Source: Octopus sinensis
Taxonomy: Eukaryota
Length of the DNA: 64,000 nucleotides
Direction of reading: 5' to 3'
NCBI RefSeq assembly: GCF_006345805.1
Contig: NC_042997.1
Coordinates: 26,040,001 to 26,104,000 of the forward strand
The translations under genes and the position numbers were made by a program. Within the stretch, counting starts at the first letter, position 1. Every line of letters starts with the position of its first letter. Under the pieces are notes generated by a model, which made no database searches, was not told the DNA's origin, and was given only the letters and a program-made list of their open reading frames with translations. Positions 26,301 to 38,837 of the stretch are shown piece after piece.

Positions 26301-27239
26301 TAAATTTCACTCTTCCGCATTTTTTTAAAATCTGCAATCAGTAGATGTTATATAGTTATTCTTAGAATTCCTTTAAATTAGCAATTACAAAATTTACTCA
26401 CAGGAAGATGTATGCGCTCACAATACAAACACACACATACAAATAGACATACAGAAACACATCTATCAATCTAGCTATCGTTCTAAATACATACATACAT
26501 ATTGCAGAGAGTGTGAGTAAGAGAGAGAGATACGGAGAAACAGAGAAAACACAATAGGTCTGTCTGCTTTTTCCACTATTCTTTCTTACAAGAAAATGCA
26601 CGTTTATCATAAATAATTGGCGCCACATCTCAAGATGGGAATGGACCACTTGAACAAAGTAAACAATTTTAGTTATATGCAAATGTTTCATATTCGTCAC
26701 GAATGCAATTTTCTCTTGTTTTTATTCATATCAATTTTTGTTGGGAGGGCAATTGTTTCATATGGTTTTCCTCATCAATATTTTTACAGCTGATATCAGG
26801 TATACCCGGAGGGATAGGTCGATACGATCTCATGTTTTTTTTAATATTGTTTATATATATATATATTATGTACTGGGAATATTCTATTTTGTTGTAGATT
26901 TATTTTCGTAGACAAATTTTGTTTTTAAGATAATTCTTTATTATTCTAAGTAATTGGTTTCTGTTCTGTTCGTCTTGTATATATATAATTATCTCTTTTT
27001 TTATTACGTGGTAATACTTAGTTAATATGTTCTGTTGCTGCCGTATTTTCTCTTATTGTTTGTCATGGTTTTTATTTTACTATTTGATTGGACATATATA
27101 TATAGAGAGAAAGAAACATCTAGTATCTTGTCTTTTGACAAACAAAACAAAAGATCTGTTTTATATTTTAGAGTAAGTAAGTATTTTGACGTTCAAATTC
27201 TCCTCAAGCGAATATAGTGAAACTACTTCAAGCTTGAAT

Positions 27240-27900
27240 TGAAACCACTACTTCCATATGTCTAAGATGTTTTCCTCAACTGCTTACTAGATTTCAAACT
27301 AAATTTTACTTCTTCAATTTGAACTTTCTCGATTTAAAAGTTTTACAATTAAGAATAACGCTATGACGTCCATGATTTTATAAACCATGATTTTTTGTTG
27401 CTATTTATCGGCAGGCCAGCTTTGTCTTTTACCTGCTGGTTCTGGAACTTTACAAGCCCTCAAAGACTGGTGGGCTTGATATCATTAATTTTTTCATGAA
27501 CCCTTATATGCCAACATCCTCTTCACATTGAGGGAACATCTCTAGCCCTTTTTTACAAGCTGACGTATTCAATAACGGAAAGAGTAAAAATCGTGGTAAC
27601 GTATCTAAGATTGGGTTCTGTTAAGTAAATACGTAACACTTTTGAGGTTAAGTTTCCGGGTAAAGGCTTATCGGCAAAGAGAACGATACAAACGCTGGTT
27701 AAGAAGTGGCGCACTACGGGACCAGTTTACAATGGTCCTAAACCAAAAGACCCGACAGCTCAAACATCGAAAGTTATTCAGGATTTTCCCAAAGGATTAT
27801 GCAACTTCCAAAGGAGTCAACACGTGCACTGGTGTGACAGTTTTATATAAGCAAGAGTTTATGTCAACAGGGGTTCATAAGTCAAAGTTGAACCTTTTTC
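27240..27900 (+). pseudogene. Possible L1/Tx1-type LINE C-terminal remnant
   Basis: YKPSKTGGLDIINF near 27450 resembles the L1/Tx1 PKxxGGLG motif; nothing else recognisable. Confidence 0.25.
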
Positions 27901-28614
27901 AAAGTCTTTTATGATGGTGACTCATTTGAAGCGCTATTTTCACTACGCTACAGACCCCGGACTGCTTTTTCATTATCATTATTTTATATCATGCTTTTTC
28001 GTGAGCCACACTGTAGTATGTTTTTTTTTTTTATAATCCTCGTAACTACCGTGATTCTTTTTTTTTTTCTGTGAAGTTAATTTAAACTGAATTGTGTATA
28101 TTTCTAATTTTAGACACCAACATGTGTAGAATATAGTACAATTACTTATTTCTTTTCCTTCTTTACTCCATTAAATATGATCACTGAGGATGCCTAATGA
28201 AATTGAAAGAAATCTGGAATTCTCTCCCATTCTTCACGAAATACTAAAAATAAGGTTGGACCATTAACAATATTGGTTTTTGCCTCGCAACAAAATTTTT
28301 TCCAGTTACTTTTTAGTGGAGAAATTACGCGTAAATACAACCGGAGTAACCTGCTAATATTAATACGTAAATGTAATTAAGCATAGGCAAACACCAGTTT
28401 GTACTCACGTTCACACACATATACACATAACAATATGCGTTCGAATTCAAAAACACACAAACATCACTCTTCTGCAGAAACCCCGTATATAAATTTTATA
28501 TCATTATTTACACATAAAAAATTGTTCATATAATACATGCTGAAGCGCACACATAGAGGAACATACACAGTACGCAGCATTTAAACAAAAAATAATATTA
28601 AATAGAACGAAAGA

Positions 28615-28661
<47 letters not shown>

Positions 28662-28699
28662 ACTTTATACTGGAAACACAAGGCCTCGTATTTGGCGGG

Positions 28700-29270
28700 A
28701 AGAGACTATTCGATTACATCGAACCCAGCATTTCACTGGTACTTGATTTATCGACCCCGAAAGGATGAGGCAAAGTCGACCAGGGAATTTGAACTGAGAA
28801 CGTAGCGACGGGCGAAATACCTATTTCTTTATTACCCACAAGGGGCTAAACATAGAGGGGACAAACAAGGACAGACATAGGTATTAAGTCGATTACATCG
28901 ACCCCATTGCGTAACTGGTACTTAATTTATTGACCCCGAAATGATGAAAGGCAAAGTCGACCTCGGCGGAATTTGAACTCACAACGTAACGCAGACGAAA
29001 TACCGCTAAGCATTTCGCCCGGCATGCTAACGTTTCTTATTTCTTTATTGCCCACAAGAGGCTAAATATAGAGGGGACAAACAAGGTCAGACAAACGGAT
29101 TAAGTCGACTACATCGACCCCAGTGCGTAACTGGTAGTTAATTTATCTACTCCGGAAGGATAAAAGGCAAAGTCGACCTCGGCGGAATTTGAACTCAGAA
29201 CCTAACAGCAGACGAAATACCGGTAAGCATTTCATCCAGCGCGCTAACGATTCTGCTGTCTTGCCGCCTT
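28700..29270 (-). mobile_element. Three nested/tandem SINE family A copies
   Basis: Three successive GTCGA..ACATCGA.CCC...GAATTTGAACT units; only the last keeps the full tRNA head. Confidence 0.85.
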
Positions 29271-29313
29271 TATGTATGTATATATATCCCTTCTTTAGAC
29301 TTTTTCTATATTT

Positions 29314-29345
29314 CTGATGAAGAGCTCCGCTCGAAATATGCAATC
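29314..29345 (+). ncRNA. Minimal type-I hammerhead ribozyme core (decayed stems I/III)
   Basis: CTGATGA-A-GAGC-TCC-GCTC-GAAA. Confidence 0.5.
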
Positions 29346-29437
29346 CTCTTTCTTTTCTTTGCTTTCTTTTCCACGTCCACGCGTTGCTTTTTCTTTCTTG
29401 TTCTTGTTTGGATTGAATTATATATCTATATATATGT

Positions 29438-29487
<50 letters not shown>

Positions 29488-29504
29488 CATACATATATAT
29501 ATAT

Positions 29505-29564
<60 letters not shown>

Positions 29565-29647
29565 GCATATATATGTATATATATATATATGTAAATACAT
29601 ATATATATACACACATTTATATAAATGCATATCTCTCTAGCAATCTG

Positions 29648-29739
<92 letters not shown>

Positions 29740-30290
29740 ATATACGCACACACTCATACACACTTATAAACACAAAAACACAGAAGACACACCGACACAC
29801 ATGTATACGCATCTGAGTACTGTGCACGATCGCTTTGAAATACCATTTTGTTAATTGTTATTTCGACGGCTTGTCATCGAAACGTGTGTATTATATGCAT
29901 GTTGATATAATATTCATATATTCATATGTATAAACATTGAATCTAGAAAACACTACATTCATGTATGCTAACAATGTCTACAACGATATAAGCATTGATA
30001 TTATGTCATCCAGTATATTTGGACGTGAATAATCGACTAATTATGAGCTTAGAATTTTTGAGTTTGTCGACTGGGTGAATTACTAATTGACGATTTAGAA
30101 ATCATCAGAAGCAAAAAGAAGTAAATGGAGATATTGGTGGTAGTAATTGTGTTATCATTCGCAGCTTTTGCATGCAATATTAGTATATTCGCAGTGCACT
30201 TATATGTTCTAACACAATGCTATGTTTATCGATTACAAAAACTGATATTGAATAATGCTGAGTGTATATAATCGACATTATATATATATA

Positions 30291-30457
30291 TACTCTTTTA
30301 CTTGTTTCAGTCATTTGACTGCGGCCATGCTGGAGCACCGCCTTTAATCGAGCACATCGACCCCGGGACTTATTCTATCGGTCTCTTTTGCCGAACCGCT
30401 AAGTGACGGGGACGTAAACACACCAGCAATGCTAGGGGGACAAACACAGACACACAA

Positions 30458-30492
<35 letters not shown>

Positions 30493-30664
30493 CACATATA
30501 TACGACAGGCTTCTTTCAGTTTCCGTCTACCAAATCCACTCACAAGGCATTGGTCGGCCTGGGGCCATAGCAGAAGACACTTTCCCAAGATGCCACGCAG
30601 TGGGACTGAACCAGGAACCATGTGGTTGGTTAGCAAGCTACTTACCACACAGCCACTCCTGTGC

Positions 30665-30665
<1 letters not shown>
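30291..30665 (-). mobile_element. SINE family B
   Basis: Full head and tail as at 8292. Confidence 0.9.
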
Positions 30666-30700
<35 letters not shown>

Positions 30701-30976
30701 TGTGTTCGTCTTTTTCTCAATTATATAGGATGACATCTTTTCATTCATAAATATTTTTTTTTTTCAAAGACACAAATAGAACGCACACAGAAAAATCCAG
30801 ATGCAGTAATTTAATAAGTCCAAATCGTTGCTTGTTCAGAAGACGAAAAAAGAGTTTCACCATTCCATTTCTTCTGACATTAGCAACAGTTTCAGCTTAA
30901 CAGTAATACTATGTTGGGTGAATGAAATCGTAACTTCATGCGTGAATGATATTTTCTGTCAGAAAATATTTTTGCA

Positions 30977-31169
30977 AAACTGTCGTATGTGAGACTTTTG
31001 AAAAAATGCTAAACCATTGTACTACACTTTGGCAATTTTCATATCTTGGCATCTGAAGCAGCTGAAGATAAGATATTTTGACCAAAAGAACTGGTCATTG
31101 CAGGACAAATCAAACATTTAAAAAAGAAAAGAAGAACGCACTTGGCCAAATTTTGACATACGACAGTTT
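30977..31169. mobile_element. Putative MITE, class unknown
   Basis: 14-bp perfect inverted repeat AAACTGTCGTATGT / ACATACGACAGTTT, extending with mismatches; no TSD seen. Confidence 0.45.
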
Positions 31170-31209
31170 AATATAATAGCAACGCTATAATAGTCTATGT
31201 ATATATCTA

Positions 31210-31540
31210 AAGGCACATGACCTAGCGATTAGAGCGTCCGGCTCACAATTATGCGGTAGTGAGTTCGATTCTTGGACTGGGCTGTGTCGTGTGTTCTTGA
31301 GCAACTCACTTTATTTCACGTTTCTCTAGTTCTCTCAGCTGTAGAAATGAGTTGCGCCGTCTCTGGTGCCAAGCTGTATCGTCCTTTGCTTTTCCTTTTG
31401 ATAACTTTGGAGACCAAGAGAGGGGAGACTGGTATGCATGGACGACAGCTGGTCTTCCATAAACAACCTTACTCGGACTTCTGCCTCTGAGGGTAACTTT
31501 TTAAGTGCAATCCCATGGTCATTCATCACCGAATGCCCTG
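31210..31540 (+). mobile_element. tRNA-derived SINE, family D, degraded
   Basis: TGACCTAGCGATTAG (A box-like), GAGTTCGATTC (B box), GTGTTCTTGAGCAA core. Confidence 0.65.
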
Positions 31541-32089
31541 TATATATTTATGTGGACAATTACGAAACGCGTCGTACACACACACAAACACATTATAGAT
31601 GAAATGAAGTCGGAAATTAAAACTGAAGTTCATATTAGCAAGATATTTAATTACTAAGATTGCTCAACGAATAATCCGGTCATTGGTGCTGCCACGGCTT
31701 CCAAAACTACGAATTCTAGGTAATTGAAAAATGAATTGCAAGTATACCACGTATAGAAAATAAGGAATATTTGTGCTTGACCCCATTGCGTGGCACTTTG
31801 AGTAAGAATCCTTTATCATAATTTCCGATCAACCAATGCCTTGTAGGGGAATTTTGCAGATTGTGATATGTGGAAGCCTGTTGCTGTGAATTGTCCTATT
31901 TTCTATTTTAAACCCCTCACCAGGTCCCTGCGCGCATTTAGCTAATCCACTTGGCTGTGATGCTTCGACTATTGCCTTTGCTCTGATGGAAATAATTTAC
32001 TATTTAATACCTGCGTAACCAGACACAGAACCCAAGGAAAGGTGATTGCACAATGTTCTTGCTCTTCTCACTAGCGGATCAATCATTTA

Positions 32090-32300
32090 TCTTTTACTTG
32101 TTTCAGCCATTTGTCTGCGGCCATGCTGGCGAACCGCCTTGAAGAATTTTACTCGAACGAATCGACTCCAGCACTTATTTTTTAAAGCCTAGTACTTATT
32201 CTATCGTTTATTTTTCTTACCGAATCAATAACTTACAGGGATGTAAACACACCATAGTCGGTTGTCAAGCTGTGATAGAGGCAAGACACACAAGCAAACA
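32090..32300 (-). mobile_element. SINE family B-related 3' half, degraded
   Basis: TTTACTTGTTTCAGCCATTTGTCTGCGGCCATGCTGG. Confidence 0.7.
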
Positions 32301-32321
32301 CACGCACTCGCACACACACAC

Positions 32322-34100
32322 ATATTTTGTAATGTTCATAAAGTTCAATTAGCGCTTTCATTTGTTCGTAATAGTCATCAGATTTCAAAATGTATTTAAC
32401 TGGCAGTTGAATACTTGACAACTGTAGTATCCTTTATACTAGAAGCGGTCAGCCTCATCCTCGAAAACAATACATTTCTTGTCAACGGAAAAAAAACTAC
32501 CTCCAAATTCTAGCCACAGTTATGGGAACGCGATTTGCTCCAATTTTCGCGAAGTCAGTATTGGGTTACTTGGAACAAAACCAATATAAAAAAAAATTGA
32601 AGAAACTACGGCATGACCTTTAGAGGACATATGGAAAAGGTAGCTAGATGATTCTTTCCTAATTTTGATCAAATCCCTAGAAAATCTAGAATAATTCAGC
32701 ATCCTCCTCAACAATCTACACGATAATCTCAAATTCACAAGACAAATGAGTAACAAACAATTGCCATTTCTTGATATAATGGTAATTAAAAACATCACTA
32801 TCACAACTGATATTTATTACAAAAGCACAGATACACATCAGTGCCTAAATTTCAAATCATGTCACCCAACACGCTCAAAACGCGGCATCCTTTACTGTCT
32901 AGCCAGGAAAATTTGTACTATAATAGATGATCCAAATACTAGGAACATACGACTTTTGGAACTCAAAGTATTTCTGCTCAAACAAAAATACCCTCTCCTA
33001 CTTATAGAAAATAGCATACAACGAGCAAAAGAGATACCTATAGAACAAATTAGGGCAACACAAGAAAGACGAACCCATCAACGGAACACAATACTATTTC
33101 TAGTAATACACAATCTGCATCACCAAAACATTTTTAACATCATCAAAACAAATTTGCCTATCATGAAACAAAGTGAAAAATTAAAAAGCATAGTAACTAA
33201 TCAAACACATATCTTAACCAAAAGGCAAACACATAACCAAAAGAAGCTATTAACAAAGGCAAAATTCAACATGAATAAACAGGATGCAACATTCACAGTA
33301 TCCAAGCGTAATGATAACAGATGTAGAACGTGCCAATAAATGCATACAGGTAGATCCATTAGAACAAAAATTGGACAGATTTTCACAAATGCAATATGAA
33401 GTGCAAAAGCAGAAATTTGATCTCCTGCATAAAATGCCCGAATTGCGAGGAACTGTATATTGGCGAGACAGGGAACACGTTATCGGAACGCGCACGAGTC
33501 CACATACAAAAAATCCGGAACACTAAAGTTCGCCAAATTCCATTGATCGAACATATAGAAACATGTGGTCTAATTTTTCTTTTCCACAAACTATATGACA
33601 CAAGTGAGATTGGAAGAAAGATAAATGTAAACCCTTTTATTAAAATGTTCAAACCTCTTCTGAGAGGAAATAACAACAATAATATAACAACAAGTTAATG
33701 ATGTGAATTAAAAAAATATCTTTAACATATAAATATAAACAAATTACAAAAGATTCCCAGCAATTGAAATAAAAAAAGATCGAGTTCAGCTAAGTTTGCA
33801 CACTCATAAAACCACTGCATGTAAAGCGCAAGCTAATTGGTTAAAATAAAGGCGGATTCTATTCCAGTGATATCGGTGTGCCCGGTAGTCTGTGACGTTT
33901 CAGTGGCATACTGATTGGTCAAAACCGTATTCCAAAAATTCAGTTTGTTGTAGCCTTCTGAAAGATATAAAAATTTTTAAAAACGACAGCTATTTTACTA
34001 CAGTTGTCAAGAACTCAATTCTTAGTTAAATATATTTTGAAATTTGATTACTACGAACGTATGAAAGCGCTAATTGAACTTGAACATTATAAAATATGTT
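32322..34100 (+). mobile_element. Penelope-like element 1 (5'-truncated RT + GIY-YIG, inverted terminal segment)
   Basis: ENNTF..VMGTRFAP, LPFLDIMV, DIYYKSTD..LNFKSCHP, NLISCIKCPNCEELYIGETGNTLSERARVH; about 105-bp IR 32322-32429 / 33996-34097. Confidence 0.92.
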
Positions 34101-34225
34101 TTTTAAATGTTAAGCACACTTCGACATTGTAAAAAAGTGTTGTAACTTTATTCAGCTGATAAATTATTATATACACATTTAGACAAATTTCGGGGAAATA
34201 AATATGTATGTATGTATTTATGTGT

Positions 34226-34310
<85 letters not shown>

Positions 34311-34454
34311 ATAACAAAAAGAGGAATTTCGGTTGTCCCCACGTGGTGGATTGTAATGTATATAAGAAAAATAAAAACGGAAAATACGCACATTTACATG
34401 GTTATAGTATAATACCTGACAATTAAAGAAGCTGACAAAGGAAGTGCTGTAGTT

Positions 34455-35405
34455 TTGATGGACACAGAACACTATAAAAAACTAGTACTTTCCATGTTAG
34501 AAAACGAGGCCTTCTACGAAAAAATTATGAACTATAAACAACAAAAAACAATGAAAAATCTTGCATCCTTAATTCTTCTACATGGAAAAGGCCTGACAGA
34601 AAAAGAAACAGACTACATCACGAACTTCAAATGTAAACCCAGTCTTTTTTATATCCTCCCTAAAATACACAAGAGCAAGATAATCAATGAAGCCTGCAAA
34701 CAATCACCAGGCAAATATATAAATATCCAAACGCCAGAAGACTTGACTTTAAGACCCATTGTAGCTGGACCAGCTTGTGAAACCCACCGACTGAGCAATT
34801 TTCTAGACATCCTACTGAAACCCTTGCTGAAATACATCAAAAGCTTCATTAGGAATGATTTAGACATGTTAGAACACCTACCAAAAACGATTATTGAAGA
34901 AGCAGTATTGGTCACCCTCGATGTAATCAATCTTTACACCAACATCCCCCATGACTATGGAATGAAAGCAATTAAATTCTGGTTGGAAAAGTACCCCGAA
35001 GTCCTCCTGGAACGCATAAACCAGACCTTTATTATTGAATCCTTAAAATTTATACTTCAGAACAATTATTTCCTGTTTGATGACACATACTATCGTCAGA
35101 AATGCGGAATTGCGATGGGGACGAAAGCAGCTCCTGTTCTTGCGAATCTAATAATGGGCTATTTTGAATTCACCTTATATGAAGTATCACTTCAGAAATA
35201 TGGTTACCCATTTTACCTCTACATAAGAGAAAATTGGAAACGATACTTGGATGACTGTTTTATCATCTGGAAGGTGAACATCGACAAACTTTTGGATTTC
35301 AAAACAACACTAAATGACATAAATAGTAACATTCAATTCACAATGGAATATAATAAAGAACAACTTTCTTTTTTAGACATCATGATAAAAATAAGTCAAC
35401 AATGA
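34455..35405 (+). CDS. Penelope-type reverse transcriptase (open 316-aa segment of a frameshifted ORF)
   Basis: ORF track; PLE RT motifs including YLDD. Confidence 0.85.
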   Translation: MMDTEHYKKLVLSMLENEAFYEKIMNYKQQKTMKNLASLILLHGKGLTEKETDYITNFKCKPSLFYILPKIHKSKIINEACKQSPGKYINIQTPEDLTLRPIVAGPACETHRLSNFLDILLKPLLKYIKSFIRNDLDMLEHLPKTIIEEAVLVTLDVINLYTNIPHDYGMKAIKFWLEKYPEVLLERINQTFIIESLKFILQNNYFLFDDTYYRQKCGIAMGTKAAPVLANLIMGYFEFTLYEVSLQKYGYPFYLYIRENWKRYLDDCFIIWKVNIDKLLDFKTTLNDINSNIQFTMEYNKEQLSFLDIMIKISQQ

Positions 35406-35752
35406 AATCATAACTGACATTTATTATAAACCAACTGACGCAAAACAATATCTTCTTTTTAACTCATGCCACCCGAAACACATAAAAATAAACATCCCTT
35501 TTAACTTAGCAAACAGGATCTGCACAATAGTGTCTGATAGAACAACTCGGGACCTTCGTCTTCAAGACCTCAAAACAACACTTATTGAAAGGCAATATCC
35601 ACCCTCTCTTATCGACGAGGGAATTAAACGTGCCAAACAATTAGACACAAAAACACTAAGAACAAAAAAAAACTAGCACCACACCTCAAACCAAAACATT
35701 ACTTTTTATATCAACACACAACACCAGAAACAGTGAGGCATTCAACACTATT

Positions 35753-36238
35753 GTGCAAACTCTCCCTTTACTAACTAGAGATCCAAAAATGAATGACATC
35801 CTGAAAACACATAAACTCATCAAATGCAAAAAACAAGAAAAATCGCTAAAGATACTATTAACAAATGCGAAGCTTTTCAAAACAACCACGAAACCAACGG
35901 TTGAAAAATGTGGACGCCCGAACTGTGGAACCTGCCCCCACCTGCTTGAAGGCTCGGACTTCCTTTTCAAACAAGGAGAGAGGTTCACAATTAAAACTAG
36001 TTTCACCTGTGCCTCTGAGAATCTAATTTATGTAATAACCTGCTCGGGTTGCAGTCATCAGTACATTGGACAAATGAGTTTAATTTTGAGGAAGAGAATT
36101 ACTCTGCATAAGGAGCAAATCCGTATCATACAATACAGACAAATCTCTCTTAGTGAACACATAGAAAAATGTGCAGGTAACATCAAACCAAATTTTACAG
36201 TCTTCCCTTTCTACCAGTGCAAAGACACAATCTCTTAA
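35753..36238 (+). CDS. Penelope CCHH linker + GIY-YIG endonuclease segment
   Basis: CxxxxCxxC linker, LIYVITC, YIGQ, R...H, LSEH. Confidence 0.85.
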   Translation: MQTLPLLTRDPKMNDILKTHKLIKCKKQEKSLKILLTNAKLFKTTTKPTVEKCGRPNCGTCPHLLEGSDFLFKQGERFTIKTSFTCASENLIYVITCSGCSHQYIGQMSLILRKRITLHKEQIRIIQYRQISLSEHIEKCAGNIKPNFTVFPFYQCKDTIS

Positions 36239-36675
36239 CTAAAACGCTTAAATAAAGAAACTTTTTTCATTGAAAAATACAAAACGCGTCTGAATAAGCA
36301 CGCATAACCAATTTTTATATTTTTACATATTACATCACTGTACATAAATCCCCTACTAAACAAGGCCCCCTCTTTTTTTAACCTGCCTCCTTTCTGTACA
36401 CATATTTTCCCCACCCAAAACCTAAGCAGTTATCTCCCCTACACACAACAATAACAAAAATAACAACCAATTACCTCCCTTTACTTGTCAACTTGTAAAA
36501 TCATTCACTCGTGAATCTCATTATAAACAACATGGACCCATTTTCTTCTTAAGAAAAAATAAATTTTCAAATAAATTAAACATTGTTTCATGAATAGCGA
36601 TTGTGAAACCGGTCGATACATTAAAAATTATACTATAACCATGTAAGTGTGCGTATTTTCCGTTTTTATTTTTCT

Positions 36676-36721
<46 letters not shown>

Positions 36722-36750
36722 TATATAGATAGATAGATAGATAGATAGAT

Positions 36751-36809
<59 letters not shown>

Positions 36810-37818
36810 TACATATACATAGATATACATATACATATATGCACACATATATAATTGTATGCAGACCAAGAAGCAAAGACACGATAAGATTATTCCCGTG
36901 TGTATGCCAAGCGAATATCTGAAACACTGAACATAGAAACATAATGCAAACAAACATCATATCTTCGACTAGCAACATCAATGACAACAGGAACAACTAT
37001 AACAATGAAGTCAACACCTTCAACGATGATGATGATGTATTACAGCGTGTTAAGTAAGATCAATGTGTCGAAAATGAAAGCAGTTTTCTCTGAGGTCAAT
37101 ATTTGTGCAGAACAAAAAGGTGAGAGTAAAACGGAGAGAGTGAGCAGGAAACATCAGTGGGATATACGATGTATTACATGATGATGATGATGTATTACAG
37201 CGTGTTAAGTAGATCAATGTGTCGAATTGTTCGCTGTCTGATTCCTGTTTATTTCATGAACAGCGTTAGTGAACGGATTTGAAATCAAACAATGGCAATG
37301 TGTAGTAACGTATGTATTGAATTTACCTGGAAGCCTCTGCTTAATCTTAATTTATGTTAATTTATTTTTTAACTGACTCAGCCTGGGTGAATGGAATGTG
37401 TTCATGACTTTAGCAGGCCATTGCTGACGATTGAGATCGATCCCGTAAATGGTTCTCTTACCACATTTTCCTGTTAATAGACAAAATAAACTTTTAAATA
37501 GAAATTTGTGTATGCGTTCTGGGTGCTCGGCTAGTAGTACCACCAAAACACCAGTTAGAACAGCAGTTGAAGTTGTGCATGTGTGACTGTCTTGTTCAAA
37601 AACGGCTATAGGTAGCATCTACTCTGATTAAATTAGCGAGAAAAACAAACTATAGAATCACATAGCGAACCACAACATATACCATTGATGAGGAACTTTC
37701 TTCCACTATCTAATCTATATTTCTAGACTTCACTAGATACGATACCCCAATAGCTGGGATATCCCAGAAACAACTGTCAGAGACTTTCTTTACCATTTTG
37801 TTCTATTTTTATCATTTA

Positions 37819-38214
37819 CTAGCAGTATCGCCAGGCGTTGCTCGGGTTTGTAAGGGAAATAACTATATAAGCATTTTTAGAGATGTAAAGTATAATAGCC
37901 ATCTCAATATGGCTAACCACAAAGGGGGGGGTGTTACTGTAGCTTTTTACGTTCTGAGATTTAATAATACATTTTTAGAGAGTTACTTCCCTTATATATG
38001 CCAAAAATGCATTAAAATGAGAAAAATTGATGGTAATTTTTTTTTTAAATCGTAGACTCATCGTAGACGCGCGCTAATACCCAGAAGGGCTCGATATGAA
38101 TCATGACTATAAGATACCCGGTTTTGGTTAAACTGCACCGCAAAATGTGGGAGTAGTTAGGAATCTAAATCGTAGGAGACAGACAGCACAAAACCTCTCT
38201 TTTGTATATAAAGA
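37819..38214 (-). mobile_element. Non-autonomous Helitron, copy 5
   Basis: TC...CTAG termini in an AT site; about 95-bp extra module. Confidence 0.85.
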
Positions 38215-38576
38215 TTATGTAGCTTAAATTTAGATTAAATTAAATGAAATTAAATATCCTTGTCCTGCATTGCCTAATTGTTTGCCTTTCCTCACTCCTT
38301 TAAAACACGCAAATACACATATAGGAAGTATATTGTAGGGAGAAAGGCTAGCTGATGAGCAGCAGGGAGCTGTTTGTGCGAATAAAATAATTAGTATTAC
38401 TTATAGTCCACACAGAATGAAAGCAGCTTTCTCTGAGGTCACTATCTGTGCAGAACAAAAAGGAGAGAGTAAAACGGAAAGAGAGAACAGTGGGCTAGAC
38501 GTTAGACGATGTTTGCGAACAACTTTAGGCGAATCATTTGACTTTTTTTTTTTTTAATCTGGTTTAGTATGTCTGT

Positions 38577-38837
38577 ATGGAGGCGCGTGGCTTAGTGGTT
38601 AGGGTGTCAGCATCATGATCGTAAGCTTGCGGTTTCGATTCCTGGACCGGGCGACGCGTTGTGTTCTTGAGCAAAACACTTCATTTCCCGTAGGTCCAGG
38701 CCACTAAGCTGACAAAAATGAGTATCGCTGCGATGGACTGGCATCCCATCCAGCTTGGGAACACATACGCCATGGAAACCGGGAAACCGGGCTCATGAGC
38801 CTAGCTAGGCTTTAAAAGAGCGCATTGATTATATTGT
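38577..38837 (+). mobile_element. tRNA-derived SINE with V-domain-like core
   Basis: 14-bp TSD TTTAGTATGTCTGT (38563-38576, 38838-38851); A/B boxes; GCGATGGACTGGCATCCCATCCAG. Confidence 0.8.

Larger units (their letters stand above)
34320..36681 (+). mobile_element. Penelope-like element 2 (RT core + GIY-YIG, inverted terminal segment)
   Basis: ADKGSAVV, LPKIHK, RPIVAG, DVINLYTNIPH, GIAMGTKAAP, RYLDDCF, CGRPNCGTC, NLIYVITC..QYIGQ; 55-bp IR 34359-34413 / 36627-36681. Confidence 0.95.
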
